Positions 20,174-31,377 are shown, counted from the first letter of the stretch. The stretch: DNA of 61,151 nucleotides from a virus (IMGVR_UViG_3300025168_000089:1-61151); one strand, 5' to 3'. Notes: generated by a model from the sequence alone, not told the origin. Numbers and translations: made by a program.

Positions 20174-21046
20174 ATGGCAACATATGTTAATGATAGCGGT
20201 ACATGGAGAGAAATAAGTAATTTATATGTGCATGACGGAACGTCATTTACTAATAAAACTATCGACAATGCTTATTTAAATGATTCTGGGACTTGGAGAG
20301 AAGTCTTTACTCTTTTTACTACAACGGGTTATTCTACATCTGTGGGAAGTATAACAGTTCCTAGTGGAGCTAATGCTATTCATGTTCAATACGCTGTAGG
20401 TGGTGGCGGTGGTGGATTTACGGGAGCTGATTATGATAAAGCTGGTGGTGAATCAGCCGGGTCTAGTGGAGCTGGAGGAGCCTATATTTCTGATAAAGTA
20501 TTTAGTATTATAGGAGGAGAAACATTAACTATTGCAGCTGGAGCAGCTGGAGCAGCTGATACAAGTGGTGATAGATATTCAGGTTCATCTAGTCCTGGAG
20601 CAACAACTTCTGTTGTAGGAGGAATTACAGGGAGTTTATTTACTTTGGGAGGTGGTGGCGGTGCTTCTGCTTCTGGAGGAGGTGTTCAAGGCCCACTTCG
20701 TAGTAATACTGCTGGAACTGGAGGAAGTGCTACTATTTCTACTTCTTTATCTTCTGGAACGACTACTGATGGAATAAATATAACGACTTTAAATGGAGGA
20801 CCTACAGGAACATTTAATCAAGGTGGTGCCGGTGGTGATGGTATTACAAATGGAAACTGTGGCGGAGATAACTGTAGTATTACAGGAAGTACAGGAGGTA
20901 CTTCATATAATGGAAATGTAGCTGGTGGCGGTGCTTCAACTGTTGGAACTCGTGGCTCTGGTGGAGGGGGTGGAAGTCATCCATTGTCTCTTGGTGCTGC
21001 TGGTGGTGCTGGTGAAATTAATTATAGATTTATGAGAATTATTTAA
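20174..21046 (+). CDS. glycine-rich adhesin / receptor-binding protein
   Basis: DSGTWRE repeat at N-terminus and poly-Gly tracts as in gp38-like adhesins. Confidence 0.7.
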   Translation: MATYVNDSGTWREISNLYVHDGTSFTNKTIDNAYLNDSGTWREVFTLFTTTGYSTSVGSITVPSGANAIHVQYAVGGGGGGFTGADYDKAGGESAGSSGAGGAYISDKVFSIIGGETLTIAAGAAGAADTSGDRYSGSSSPGATTSVVGGITGSLFTLGGGGGASASGGGVQGPLRSNTAGTGGSATISTSLSSGTTTDGINITTLNGGPTGTFNQGGAGGDGITNGNCGGDNCSITGSTGGTSYNGNVAGGGASTVGTRGSGGGGGSHPLSLGAAGGAGEINYRFMRII

Positions 21047-22902
21047 TGGCATATACTAACGTAAAATTTGTTGGTGGTATAAATAAAGAAACGACAGAGT
21101 ATGGAGCTGAAGGCCAATGGGTTGACGGTGATAAAATTCGTTTTCGATATGGACTTCCTCAAAAAATAGGGGGTTGGGTCAAAGCTTCCGTCTATGCATT
21201 AGTAGGAGTAACGAGAGGTTTATTTAGTTGGTTTGATTTAGGCGGTACTCGTTACGCTGCGATAGGAACTAATAGAAAAGTTTATTTATTTGAAGGTGAT
21301 AATTTTTATGATATTACACCTACGAGAGCTACATTTACTTCTCAAAATAACTGTTTCACGACTACTAATGGATCATCTATTTTTACAGCTACTGTAGTAA
21401 ATCATGGATGTATAGCAGGTGAATTTGTAATTATTAGTGGTACTACGAGTTTAGCTGCTACTACGAGTTTTACTGCAGCTAATTTTAATCAACAATTTGA
21501 AGTACAAACTGTTATTGACGCAGATAACTTTACTTTAACGATGGCGACTAGTAATACAGAAACAGCGGCAGGAATAACTACTAATGGAACAGCTAGTTTT
21601 GTTTTTCAATTAGAAGGTGAGCCAGCAACTCAGACATATGGATATGGCTGGGGAACAAATACATGGAATACAGATGCGTGGGGAACTGCAAGAACTATAT
21701 CTAACGTTACTCTTGATGCAGGAATTTGGCATTTTGATAATGGTGGCGAAGATTTATTTGCCTGGTTAAAAAATGGAGGTTTATACCAATGGGATGTAAC
21801 GAGTGGTGTGACTACTCCTTTAACAATATTAACGAATGCACCAACTAAATCAGTGACGGGATTAGTTTCTACTCCTGATAGACATCTTATATGTTTTGGA
21901 ACAACTTTAATTGGAACTACTAATCAAGATAAAATGTTTATTCGCTGGTCAAGTCAAGAAGCTTTTACTACATGGACACCGGGAGTAGCTAATACATCAG
22001 GCTCTCAACGATTAGGAGAGGGAAGTAGAATTATAGCAGCTCAATCTACACGTGGTGAGATATTAGTATGGACTGATACTGCCTTACATTCAATGCAATT
22101 TATTGGTCCACCATACACTTTTGGATTTAGATTATTAGGAACAGATTGTGGACTCGTTGCTTTAAATGCAGCAGTAGTAGTAAATGATAAAGCTTATTGG
22201 ATGGCCGATGGTAGATTCATGATGTATGCGGGAGCGATACAAGAAATACCATGTAGTGTAAAACAGTATGTATTTAATGATATTAATAGAACGCAATACT
22301 CTCAAGTATATGCGGGAGAGAATAATCAATTCAATGAAGTTATTTGGTATTACTGTTCTGCTAGTAGTAGTGATATAGATAGATATGTTATTTTTAATTA
22401 TGTAGATAATGTGTGGTATATAGGTACGTTAAATAGAACTGCATGGATAGATAACGCAGTCTTTCAACAGCCTATGGCGTTAAATTATAGTTCTACGTCA
22501 ACTGCAGCAACACAAGATACTATTTATGGAGTAACTGCAGGTCGTTCATATTTATATGATCATGAATCAGGGACATCAGATGATGGTGCTATTTTAGAAT
22601 CAACTTTAACGAGTGGAGATGCTGATATTGCTGATGGAGATACTTTTACTTTTATTCGAGGGATAATTCCTGACTTTAAAAATTTAGCCGGGACTGTAAA
22701 AATGGTTGTTCAATCTCGTGACTTTCCTGCAGATTCTCAAACAACTACAAATAATTTAGAAGTTACTACATCTACAAAATTATTGAATATGAGAGCACGT
22801 GGACGACAAGTTTCGCTTAAAATATTTAATGATACTTCAACTAGTGATAATTGGAGATTTGGTACTTTACGAATGGATACAAAACAAGATGGGAAAAGAT
22901 GA
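21046..22902 (+). CDS. tail nozzle / DNA stabilisation protein
   Basis: 618 aa; IRFRYGLPQKIGGW, FIRWSSQE, IWYYCS...RYVIFNY, RARGRQ, WRFGTLR. Confidence 0.8.
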   Translation: MAYTNVKFVGGINKETTEYGAEGQWVDGDKIRFRYGLPQKIGGWVKASVYALVGVTRGLFSWFDLGGTRYAAIGTNRKVYLFEGDNFYDITPTRATFTSQNNCFTTTNGSSIFTATVVNHGCIAGEFVIISGTTSLAATTSFTAANFNQQFEVQTVIDADNFTLTMATSNTETAAGITTNGTASFVFQLEGEPATQTYGYGWGTNTWNTDAWGTARTISNVTLDAGIWHFDNGGEDLFAWLKNGGLYQWDVTSGVTTPLTILTNAPTKSVTGLVSTPDRHLICFGTTLIGTTNQDKMFIRWSSQEAFTTWTPGVANTSGSQRLGEGSRIIAAQSTRGEILVWTDTALHSMQFIGPPYTFGFRLLGTDCGLVALNAAVVVNDKAYWMADGRFMMYAGAIQEIPCSVKQYVFNDINRTQYSQVYAGENNQFNEVIWYYCSASSSDIDRYVIFNYVDNVWYIGTLNRTAWIDNAVFQQPMALNYSSTSTAATQDTIYGVTAGRSYLYDHESGTSDDGAILESTLTSGDADIADGDTFTFIRGIIPDFKNLAGTVKMVVQSRDFPADSQTTTNNLEVTTSTKLLNMRARGRQVSLKIFNDTSTSDNWRFGTLRMDTKQDGKR

Positions 22903-23153
22903 GTTTTAAACCACCTCCGAGTTTACCTATCGCAATAAAAGGTCAAGATTTAATAACTACATTAAATGTTACTAATAGCACGTTAGAGAGATATTTAACT
23001 GAGATAAATCAAGCGGCAGCTATAGGATATTCAACTTCAAATATTACTGAAACAAAGACATTAAATGGCTCTACAGCAGTTTTAGCTGACGTTATTAATG
23101 TACTTGGAACTCTAATCGATGTATTAAAAACTAAAGGATTATTAGATGATTAA
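22899..23153 (+). CDS. small virion protein
   Basis: ATG 22899 overlaps previous stop; C-terminal LGTLIDVLKTKGLL helix. Confidence 0.6.
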   Translation: MSFKPPPSLPIAIKGQDLITTLNVTNSTLERYLTEINQAAAIGYSTSNITETKTLNGSTAVLADVINVLGTLIDVLKTKGLLDD

Positions 23154-23589
23154 ATTAAGAGTAGCTAAAGATACTGATACCTATCAAATAAGAGAACTTT
23201 TAAAAAAATGGTTAATTGAGACAAAACTTAACTTTGGGCAAACAAACAATAGTAAAGCAAGTGAAAATATATTAGAATACATACGTCAACACTTTGTTAT
23301 AATAGCAGAGGAAGATGATAAGATTATTGGAAGTATAGCAATGGCAAATTGCGATACATGGTATACTGATAAAGCTTTTTATAGAACGTTATGGTTTTTT
23401 GTAGATGAAACGAAAAGAAATCCTAATATCGCTAAAAGCTTATTGGATTTTGCAAGAGAGTATGCAAAAGGAAAAAATATACCCATGATTTTAGAGATTA
23501 TGCAAGGTAAAGATATGGAGAGAAAACATCAATGGGCTACACGACAAAATCTTAATTATCTTGGTGGAACTTACTCGGAGGGAATATGA
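23146..23589 (+). CDS. GNAT-family acetyltransferase
   Basis: LRVAKDTD, IIAEEDDKIIG, FFVDETKRNPNIAKSLL (GNAT motif A). Confidence 0.8.
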   Translation: MIKLRVAKDTDTYQIRELLKKWLIETKLNFGQTNNSKASENILEYIRQHFVIIAEEDDKIIGSIAMANCDTWYTDKAFYRTLWFFVDETKRNPNIAKSLLDFAREYAKGKNIPMILEIMQGKDMERKHQWATRQNLNYLGGTYSEGI

Positions 23590-24170
23590 TGGGAAGTATA
23601 TTTAAACCACAATCGTCAACAGCGCCAGTTGGATTTTCAGGTGCAACTCAATATAATATACCAGAATATTTTCAAAAAGTGCAAGAAGAATTACCTCAAC
23701 ATCAATTTAATACTTTTCAAACAACAAATAATGTTGCGCCAAATTATACAGAAAATCCCGCTCCTACAGTTTTAGAACAAGCAACTAATGTTGAATCTCC
23801 AAATATTAATTCTATACCTTCTTCAGTTACTCCAGAAAAGGGAGTAGAATCTCTACCACAAACACAATCGAGTGGATTTAATTTTGATCCAAATGGAGGA
23901 AGTTTATTTGATCAGATGTCAACATCTTATGGACAACCTGCTACATGGCAACAACAATACCAACAACAAAATCCTAATGCTAATAATATATTAAGAGGAG
24001 GCAGTAATTTCACTCAAGGATTTCAAGATTATATAGGACAACAAGGATATCATGTTCAAGATAATTCATCTTTTGATGGAGGTATGAATATCGTAGAAAA
24101 ATTAAAACAAGATATTATTAAAAAAGGTGATCCTTCGAATCTTTTCACTCAACAACAAAGAAGGATATAA
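23586..24170 (+). CDS. putative internal virion protein, N-terminus duplicated from next gene
   Basis: MGSIFKPQSS...YNIPEYFQKVQEEL then Q/N/P-rich low-complexity body. Confidence 0.6.
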   Translation: MMGSIFKPQSSTAPVGFSGATQYNIPEYFQKVQEELPQHQFNTFQTTNNVAPNYTENPAPTVLEQATNVESPNINSIPSSVTPEKGVESLPQTQSSGFNFDPNGGSLFDQMSTSYGQPATWQQQYQQQNPNANNILRGGSNFTQGFQDYIGQQGYHVQDNSSFDGGMNIVEKLKQDIIKKGDPSNLFTQQQRRI

Positions 24171-25069
24171 TGGGAAGTTTATTTAAACCACAATCATCGG
24201 TCGTACCAGCTTCATCTTCAGGAGAAACTAAATACGAAATTCCTGAATATTTTAAAAAAGCACAAGAAGAATTATTTAATAGAGCTAGTGCTGAATCTAA
24301 AAGACCATATCAATCATATGGTGGAAAAAGAATAGCTGACTTTACACAAGGACAACAAGATGCAATGAAAGTAGCTTATGGAAATTTAGGCGCTTTTGAA
24401 AAATCAGGAGTTACTAAAGAATCGAGAGGTTTATATGACCAAGCATCAAATATTGCAGGAGAAAGATTCGAAGGATCAACTGTAGATCAATACATGAATC
24501 CCTATATTAAAAATGTAGTTGATAGGTCAATGTCAAGTTTAGGAGAAATAGCGGGACAACAAAGAGGACAACGAGCAGCGGGTCAAGTATCAGGAGGAGC
24601 TTTTGGTGGATCACGAGCAGCGATAGAGAACGCTTTAGCTCAAGAAAGAGAAATGAAAGCTGGTGGAGATTTAACAGCTCAATTATATGGACAAGGTTTT
24701 GAACAAGGAAGAGGAGCATTCTTAAATAATAAAGCTATGCGTTATAACGATATGGTTAATAAAGCAGGAGTACTTCCTCAACTTCAAATGCAATTACAAG
24801 GAAATAATATGCAAGAAGCACAACAAGCAATGCAATATGGAGGGCAAGAACAGGCCCTTAATCAAGCGAATTTAAATGAATTATATAAAGACTTTATGGA
24901 AAAGCAAGGATATGGAAGAGGTCAATTAGGTTTCTTATCTCAAATAATGGGAGCGGCACCTATACGAAGTTATGGACAATCATCTACTGGTATGCAAGAA
25001 AATGTTATTGGAGGAACTTCACCATTTGCTCAAATAGCTGGAGCTGCAATGACCGGAATGAATTTATAA
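24170..25069 (+). CDS. DNA ejection (internal virion) protein
   Basis: YGGKRIADFT, YMNPY, GAFGGSR motifs; Gln/Gly/Ala-rich. Confidence 0.75.
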   Translation: MGSLFKPQSSVVPASSSGETKYEIPEYFKKAQEELFNRASAESKRPYQSYGGKRIADFTQGQQDAMKVAYGNLGAFEKSGVTKESRGLYDQASNIAGERFEGSTVDQYMNPYIKNVVDRSMSSLGEIAGQQRGQRAAGQVSGGAFGGSRAAIENALAQEREMKAGGDLTAQLYGQGFEQGRGAFLNNKAMRYNDMVNKAGVLPQLQMQLQGNNMQEAQQAMQYGGQEQALNQANLNELYKDFMEKQGYGRGQLGFLSQIMGAAPIRSYGQSSTGMQENVIGGTSPFAQIAGAAMTGMNL

Positions 25070-25081
25070 ATTTAAATTTAT

Positions 25082-27442
25082 ATGGCATTAGCTAATTTTT
25101 TTAACCCTAATGGAACTGCTACAGACGATATAACTCAATTAAAAATGTTATCAGATGATAATAATGGAGAGTTAGAAACAGTCGTTAATGAACAACTTAT
25201 TAGTAAGTATGGAAGTTTAGATAAACTTTACGACCAGTATCAGTCTGAGCAATCAGCGGGTGCTGGAGCTGGAGTAGGAACTTTACCAGAAAGTGATGTA
25301 GCTTATAATGAAAAAATAGCTGGATTAATTGCAGAAAGTGGAGCAAATTCAAATAACGATATGATGGCTGATTTCTATAATAATCAACCCGATGCTATTG
25401 GTCAAATGCAATCTCTTGTAAATCAATCAGGAACTGGAGGAGAAGTTATACAAGCTTCTGATGAAGTTGAGGATCCACCTAATCCAGAAGAAAAATTAAC
25501 TTTTGGTAAAGTAGTTTCAGAAATAGCAGGGATACCTTTTAAAGCAGTTGAAGGGATGTATAATAAAGCAGGGAGTATATATGAAACTGTAACTGATCCC
25601 GATAAATTTTCTTCATGGCTACAGTCTCCTCAAACACAAGCTGGATTACGAATGATACAACAAGGTGGAACACCAAGTTTCGCTTCACCTTTCGCTAAAA
25701 TGTCAAAAGCTTTAATAGACACGTCCACTTATTTATCAGCAGCAGAACAAGCAAAAAACACTGGCACAGGAACTACTAAATCAACTGACTTATTATATAT
25801 ACCAGGGCAAAATCCTGTTGTAGATTCTTTATTAAAAATACAAATGCATAGTGAAAGTAAAGGATCAATGTATGATTTCTTAGTTGATGAATCTATGAAA
25901 AATAATTATTTTAAGATTGGAATGCTTACTAATAATGGTCAGCTTGTAGGAGTTGATGGAGTATTAAAACCAAATGATACGAAATATACTGATGAAACAT
26001 TTGAAAATTATGTTGTAGGAGATAATCCAGAAATAGATAAGTTAATTGAAAAGGCTGGACTTACTAAGAAAATTACTAACAGTAAAACTAATAAAATAAA
26101 TATTACTATGGGTCCACAAGATAAAATGTTTGCTATTGAAAATATAGAAACTGATGGAGTAGAATATAAAGCAGGGGAATTTTATGAAACATATGACCCA
26201 AATACAGAGTTAGGTAAAAAAATAGAAGAACGTTATCCAGGTCAATTCAAAAAAGGTGATGAAATAAAAGTTGAATCATTTACAGGAGAGATTGCAGGAG
26301 AAGTTCAATGGGGAGATTTAATCTCTGTAGTAGACGCAGCTAATCCTAAAACTCAAAGTTCACTAGAAGCATTAAAAGATATGCCGCGTTCTGTAGATGC
26401 TAGTGAAAAAGTTAGTTCATTTAAAGATGCGTTACAATCTAGTAGAGCACAAGCTGTTTCATTAAATAATGCAACTGGTGCATTAATGACATTAGATAAC
26501 CCTCAAGAAACTTTAGGTGCATTACAAAATTTCTTTACTCCTTTCGCCAATGTTATTGATAGATTAATGGGTGGAACTGCAACTGGAGATTATATTTTAA
26601 ATGCATTAGTGGGATCAAAAGATGCATTTCAAGCACGAGAAGAAGCTTCTGCATATTTAAATAGAACTGTTATTCCTAAATTAAAAGATTTATATCCGGT
26701 TTCAGATAAAGACGTTGAATTTCTTAAATTAACGATGGCTAATCTAGGAACAAAATCTTACTTTAAACTCGCTTCTTTTTATAATGGTATGTATGCATTC
26801 GATGAAAGAATGAATGACGGACTTCAAGTATTTTATCAAGGCTTAAAAGAACAAGGTATTACGGGATATGATTTTAGCCCTGAGGGAATAAAATTAGATG
26901 GAAAAAATTATCAAGAAGCAATGAGATTTGCTCGTGCATGGGCTAATAAAAGTATTGAAGATGAATGGAAAGAACTTATTAAAGATGAAAAAATTATTAA
27001 TGCCGCTAAAGAGATGAGAGGTGTTAAAAAAGGTGATTTATTAAGTGGTGATATTGGGAATACAACTAAACTCGCTATTATTAATTATGCAAATTCAAAA
27101 GATAAAATGGAAGTAGATTCTGAAAAAATTAGAGCAAATAATAAATCTGAACTTCAACAAATATTTATGGGGTCAGGGAATGCAGACAGAGCAACTGAAT
27201 TAGCTAATAATATAATGAATAGAAGATTTGCTATCTATGCATTAATAGACACTTATAGAAAAGCCGGAAAGCTTAATAAAGAGAATCAATGGGCGCTAGA
27301 TCAAGTTGTACAGCAAATAGAGTCTTTTGAAGATACTTATGGATTAGATTATGGAGTTCATGGAAAAGAAGCTTGGATAGGTGTAGGCAAAACTCCAGAT
27401 AGTTTCTTTAATTATGTATTTAATGAGTTAAAGGCATCATGA
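25082..27442 (+). CDS. large internal virion / ejection protein
   Basis: 786 aa, position after small ejection protein; LYPVSDKDV motif. Confidence 0.6.
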   Translation: MALANFFNPNGTATDDITQLKMLSDDNNGELETVVNEQLISKYGSLDKLYDQYQSEQSAGAGAGVGTLPESDVAYNEKIAGLIAESGANSNNDMMADFYNNQPDAIGQMQSLVNQSGTGGEVIQASDEVEDPPNPEEKLTFGKVVSEIAGIPFKAVEGMYNKAGSIYETVTDPDKFSSWLQSPQTQAGLRMIQQGGTPSFASPFAKMSKALIDTSTYLSAAEQAKNTGTGTTKSTDLLYIPGQNPVVDSLLKIQMHSESKGSMYDFLVDESMKNNYFKIGMLTNNGQLVGVDGVLKPNDTKYTDETFENYVVGDNPEIDKLIEKAGLTKKITNSKTNKINITMGPQDKMFAIENIETDGVEYKAGEFYETYDPNTELGKKIEERYPGQFKKGDEIKVESFTGEIAGEVQWGDLISVVDAANPKTQSSLEALKDMPRSVDASEKVSSFKDALQSSRAQAVSLNNATGALMTLDNPQETLGALQNFFTPFANVIDRLMGGTATGDYILNALVGSKDAFQAREEASAYLNRTVIPKLKDLYPVSDKDVEFLKLTMANLGTKSYFKLASFYNGMYAFDERMNDGLQVFYQGLKEQGITGYDFSPEGIKLDGKNYQEAMRFARAWANKSIEDEWKELIKDEKIINAAKEMRGVKKGDLLSGDIGNTTKLAIINYANSKDKMEVDSEKIRANNKSELQQIFMGSGNADRATELANNIMNRRFAIYALIDTYRKAGKLNKENQWALDQVVQQIESFEDTYGLDYGVHGKEAWIGVGKTPDSFFNYVFNELKAS

Positions 27443-30400
27443 ACGAAATTTTAGATAGTTTAGATAAATCTCTTTTAGATGAAGATACGTTAAAGTTATT
27501 AGGATTAGATGTAGATTCTATTGAACAACAAAAAGTTGTACCTGGAAATAATATTACTCAAGAAGATATTATAGAAAATGATACTGCGTATGTAAAAAGT
27601 GAATTAGGAATTGATATGAATGCAATTCAAAGCGGTCTTGAGTTACGAAGTACAAGAGAAGCGGAAGGATTAGATGAATACTATAACGATGTATATACAA
27701 ATATAATTCAGAAAAATCCCAATTGGAGTAAAGTAATTTATCAAAATGGATTAGAATTAATGAAAGAAAAACATGGAGAAGGAGCAACTCCAGGGTATGT
27801 TGATGAAGCAACTTTATTTGAAGCAGCAAAACCATTTATCGATAATCTGTATGACTTTAATCCAGATGTTCAATCATCTTTTTTAAATTATAAAACAATG
27901 ATTGAAGATACTACTTCTGGAAAAGAAGCAATGCTTTTAAGTGGAATTAGTGATGAGGTATCTATGGATGTTTTACCTAGACTTATAGTTGAAACATTAG
28001 GGCCTAATGCCGATATAAAGTTAAAAAAATCTTTACTTACTACTGTACTTCAAAAGAATAATCCAGATTCTTCAGTAGAAGTAGGAACATTTAAAGAATT
28101 AAGTCAAGGTATATATAAAGGAGATACTCCTGATGCATTAGCTTATCGAATTGATGGAGAAAATATAATTCCAGTAAATATTCCCGGGTTAGATACTAAA
28201 GATTTATCACTTTTTTTAAGAGAGTTACCAAATATAACAGCAAGTGTTGCAGCGGGAGCTACTATGATTGCTTCAGGGTATGGAATACCAGCGACAGCAG
28301 CAGCGTCAGCGTCAGCAGTAGCAATAACAGAGTTAGCTACTAATGCATTTGGATTTGCTTATGAAAAAATGCATACTACAGGGGAAGTTACTGAAGAACA
28401 AATAATTGATTTTTTAAAAGATGCTTCTAAAGATGTTGCTTTTGCTGCAGCATTAGAAGGTTCTTTTGGAGTAATCATTCCAGGGTTAGCGACAGTAATA
28501 AAAAGAACAATAAAGAAAGGAGCAATTGCTCCTCGTAAATTAAGAATCGCATATGAAGATGGTTTAAAAGCAGGAGATAAAGGCGGTGAACAAGCTACAA
28601 AAGATTTAGCTAAAATAAATGAAATAATGACGAAAAGATTAGGAAAAAATCCTAATAGTAAAGACGGTACTTGGATAGATTTAAATATTCTTCAAACATT
28701 TAAAGGATCAATACCAGCAACTCAAAAAGCTTCTCAAGTTTTAAGTAATAAAGGATTAACAGTTACTGATATAGCAGCTACGAATATAGTAAAACAAACT
28801 TCTGAAGCATTTCAACAAGTATTCGCAAAAAATATTGATGACGGTATGATTACTCCAGGAATGCTACCTGATTTTACTGCAAGTCCTACTATTTTATTTG
28901 GAGATGCTTTTCAAAAAATAGCTGGTCAAATAGGAGAGGCAAATCTTAAAGAAGTTGAAGCTTTATTTACTAAACCACTAGATGAATTAACTGCTATTTT
29001 AAATGTTCTTAATAAAAGTGACGTACTAGAAAACCCAAATGCAGTGTTTGATAAAAGTATGATTAGCGGTAGTGGTCAAGAAATTTTAGAAAAACTTATT
29101 CAAAATGGAAATACTAATATAGCTTCTGTATTTGAAGTAGCTGGAGTTAAATTAACTGACAAAATTATTAGACCAGTTAATTTAAGAACTTCTGCGTATC
29201 AGTTTTTAAAAAGTATTGATGATGGTCTTTTAAAAAATTTAGATGAACCTCAACAAAAAACTTTAAAAGAAATAATTAAAAAACTTTCTGTTTATACAAA
29301 AAGTACACCGGGACCAGGTAAATTAAAAGATTTATCTTATAATCAAATAGATATTTTTTTAAATCAATTAAATGAAATGATAGATAATCCTGCACTTTAT
29401 GGAGGACTAGGAAAAAATAATAAAACTTTAGTAATGGCAGGAGCTTTACGAGAAGATTTAGAAAAAGGATTAAGAAAAGCTTTAGGCGATGATAACTGGC
29501 TAAAAGTAAAAGGGCAACGTTCTGAATTAAAATCAGTAAATGATTTAAGAAAAGGAGAGTTGTTTAAAAAAATACTTAAATCAGATGAATTTTTTACTGA
29601 TCAAAATGGAGGAGCTTTTTTTAAAAGTGTTAAAACTAATTCTAAAGTTTTATCACAAATGAATTCTGTCTTTAATAGAATGCCCTCTTTATCGGATCAA
29701 AAAAGATTATTTAAAATGGGAATTATTGAAGATTTAACTGGTGCTATTAATGGTCCAACGGGAGACGCATTAGAAATGGCGATTAAAAATAAAGATTTTA
29801 AATTCGTTAATGCAGCATATAAAACTTGGATGAAAACCAATAGAAAAAATATATCTCAATTTTTTACTAAAGAAGAAATGAAGTTATTAGATACTAACGG
29901 AATTAAAGCAACTAATTTATTAGAAACTCTTACGAAAAAAAGAGGTGCTGAAATGGATCACGTTAAGCAATTCACTGGAACATTACAAGCGATGGATGCT
30001 CAACAACTTATGAGTCATTTTAAGAAAAATCCAGAGCAATTTAAAAAATTTTATGAAGAAGGTATAAAAAAAGGAATTTTTGATAAAGAAGCTATGACTA
30101 ATTTTAAAAAATATACCGCAATGACTTTTAATAATAAAACTATGGCGACTCAAGGAAATGGTTTATTTTTATATGACCCCGGTAAAATGGCTGACGAAAT
30201 TTTAGATGCTCCTGATTTTTATAGAAATGTATTTGGAGAACAATGGTTAGATGACGCATTAGGAATGGCTAATTTTTTAAAACAATATTATCAACCTATA
30301 AAAAGTTTAATTAGTAGTGGAGATAATCAAGCTGCAAGGGCTGCTTTGCAAAATGTTTTTATGGGGCAACTTGATAGAAAAAGAACTTTTATAAGAGGTA

Positions 30401-30687
30401 CTTTAAATTTACTTGGTATGTTTGATGCTAGGGATTTTGCTAAGTTTGTAAGTTGGAAAGATTTTAAAAAAGGATATGATAATGCTTATTTATCTAAAAC
30501 TGCTAAAACAATACTTGAACCAATTAATGCTATTACCGCAGCAGATGAAAGAAAATTTGAACCTGAGAAAGGTGAAGCTTTATTAGATAGATGGGGAACA
30601 GCGGGAACACAAGCTGTAGGATTAGGAATAGGAGCAATAGATAAAGCAGCTGGTGTTGCAGGAGATATTTTAGGGATAGGTGAATAA
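27439..30687 (+). CDS. largest internal virion / ejection protein
   Basis: 1082 aa helical protein with hydrophobic Ala-rich segment; ends the structural operon. Confidence 0.6.
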   Translation: MNEILDSLDKSLLDEDTLKLLGLDVDSIEQQKVVPGNNITQEDIIENDTAYVKSELGIDMNAIQSGLELRSTREAEGLDEYYNDVYTNIIQKNPNWSKVIYQNGLELMKEKHGEGATPGYVDEATLFEAAKPFIDNLYDFNPDVQSSFLNYKTMIEDTTSGKEAMLLSGISDEVSMDVLPRLIVETLGPNADIKLKKSLLTTVLQKNNPDSSVEVGTFKELSQGIYKGDTPDALAYRIDGENIIPVNIPGLDTKDLSLFLRELPNITASVAAGATMIASGYGIPATAAASASAVAITELATNAFGFAYEKMHTTGEVTEEQIIDFLKDASKDVAFAAALEGSFGVIIPGLATVIKRTIKKGAIAPRKLRIAYEDGLKAGDKGGEQATKDLAKINEIMTKRLGKNPNSKDGTWIDLNILQTFKGSIPATQKASQVLSNKGLTVTDIAATNIVKQTSEAFQQVFAKNIDDGMITPGMLPDFTASPTILFGDAFQKIAGQIGEANLKEVEALFTKPLDELTAILNVLNKSDVLENPNAVFDKSMISGSGQEILEKLIQNGNTNIASVFEVAGVKLTDKIIRPVNLRTSAYQFLKSIDDGLLKNLDEPQQKTLKEIIKKLSVYTKSTPGPGKLKDLSYNQIDIFLNQLNEMIDNPALYGGLGKNNKTLVMAGALREDLEKGLRKALGDDNWLKVKGQRSELKSVNDLRKGELFKKILKSDEFFTDQNGGAFFKSVKTNSKVLSQMNSVFNRMPSLSDQKRLFKMGIIEDLTGAINGPTGDALEMAIKNKDFKFVNAAYKTWMKTNRKNISQFFTKEEMKLLDTNGIKATNLLETLTKKRGAEMDHVKQFTGTLQAMDAQQLMSHFKKNPEQFKKFYEEGIKKGIFDKEAMTNFKKYTAMTFNNKTMATQGNGLFLYDPGKMADEILDAPDFYRNVFGEQWLDDALGMANFLKQYYQPIKSLISSGDNQAARAALQNVFMGQLDRKRTFIRGTLNLLGMFDARDFAKFVSWKDFKKGYDNAYLSKTAKTILEPINAITAADERKFEPEKGEALLDRWGTAGTQAVGLGIGAIDKAAGVAGDILGIGE

Positions 30688-30911
30688 TGGAAAATAATTT
30701 AGCGATACATGAGGCGAAAGAGGACGAAAAATGGAAGCGCCAGAACGAAATTAACGATAGACTAGAGGAATTAGTCGAAAAGAATACCGCAGCTATTAAC
30801 GCATTAAATGTAACGATAGCTAATAGTAAAGGCACATTAAAAGCTTTAGGTATAATCAGTTTGATAGTGGGTATATTAATATCTGTATCAAACATGTCAT
30901 GGCTAAGATAA
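30687..30911 (+). CDS. coiled-coil plus C-terminal TM protein (lysis module)
   Basis: 74 aa; ALGIISLIVGILISV helix. Confidence 0.6.
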   Translation: MENNLAIHEAKEDEKWKRQNEINDRLEELVEKNTAAINALNVTIANSKGTLKALGIISLIVGILISVSNMSWLR

Positions 30912-31213
30912 GTAAAAGTAGATTAGGGACTGTTGGAGAATATTACGCCATTCAATGGTTATTGAATCAAGGACATCAAGTTTTTTATAATGTTCATTAT
31001 ACGGGACCTATAGATATAGTTATACTTAAAGGAGATAAATTTATTCCTATAGATGTTAAAGTAGAAAGTCATAGAACTAATAAAAAATTAAGAAAAAGTC
31101 AAACAAGAGTGTATAGAGTAGCAACTAAATTGCAAAAAAAATTAGGAGTTCGTATATTAAATGTCGATTTACAAGGGAAATGTTACTTTAACAATTCTGT
31201 TAAAGAACAATGA
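30899..31213 (+). CDS. PD-(D/E)XK nuclease-like protein
   Basis: GTVGEYYA..WL, GPIDIV, IDVK motifs. Confidence 0.65.
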   Translation: MAKISKSRLGTVGEYYAIQWLLNQGHQVFYNVHYTGPIDIVILKGDKFIPIDVKVESHRTNKKLRKSQTRVYRVATKLQKKLGVRILNVDLQGKCYFNNSVKEQ

Positions 31214-31249
31214 TATATGGTATAAAGACAACAACAAAAGGAGGTTTCA

Positions 31250-31375
31250 ATGAAACTTTTAAAAGATGTATGGGCTCACTTAAAAGAGTGGAGTGACTGG
31301 GGAATGAAAGATTGGATTAAAGCTGGAATAGTAACTATTATTGTTTTAGTCGTATTATCTAAAGTTGTAATATAA
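31250..31375 (+). CDS. small membrane protein (41 aa, not in ORF track)
   Basis: AAGGAGG SD; MKLLKDVWAHLKEWSDWGMKDWIKAGIVTIIVLVVLSKVVI. Confidence 0.75.
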   Translation: MKLLKDVWAHLKEWSDWGMKDWIKAGIVTIIVLVVLSKVVI

Positions 31376-31377
31376 TT

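Noticed and set aside
10706-21046. Diversity-generating retroelement or invertible fibre cassette
   Set aside because: No reverse transcriptase or recombinase; repeats are not adenine-specific variants and all fibres share one orientation
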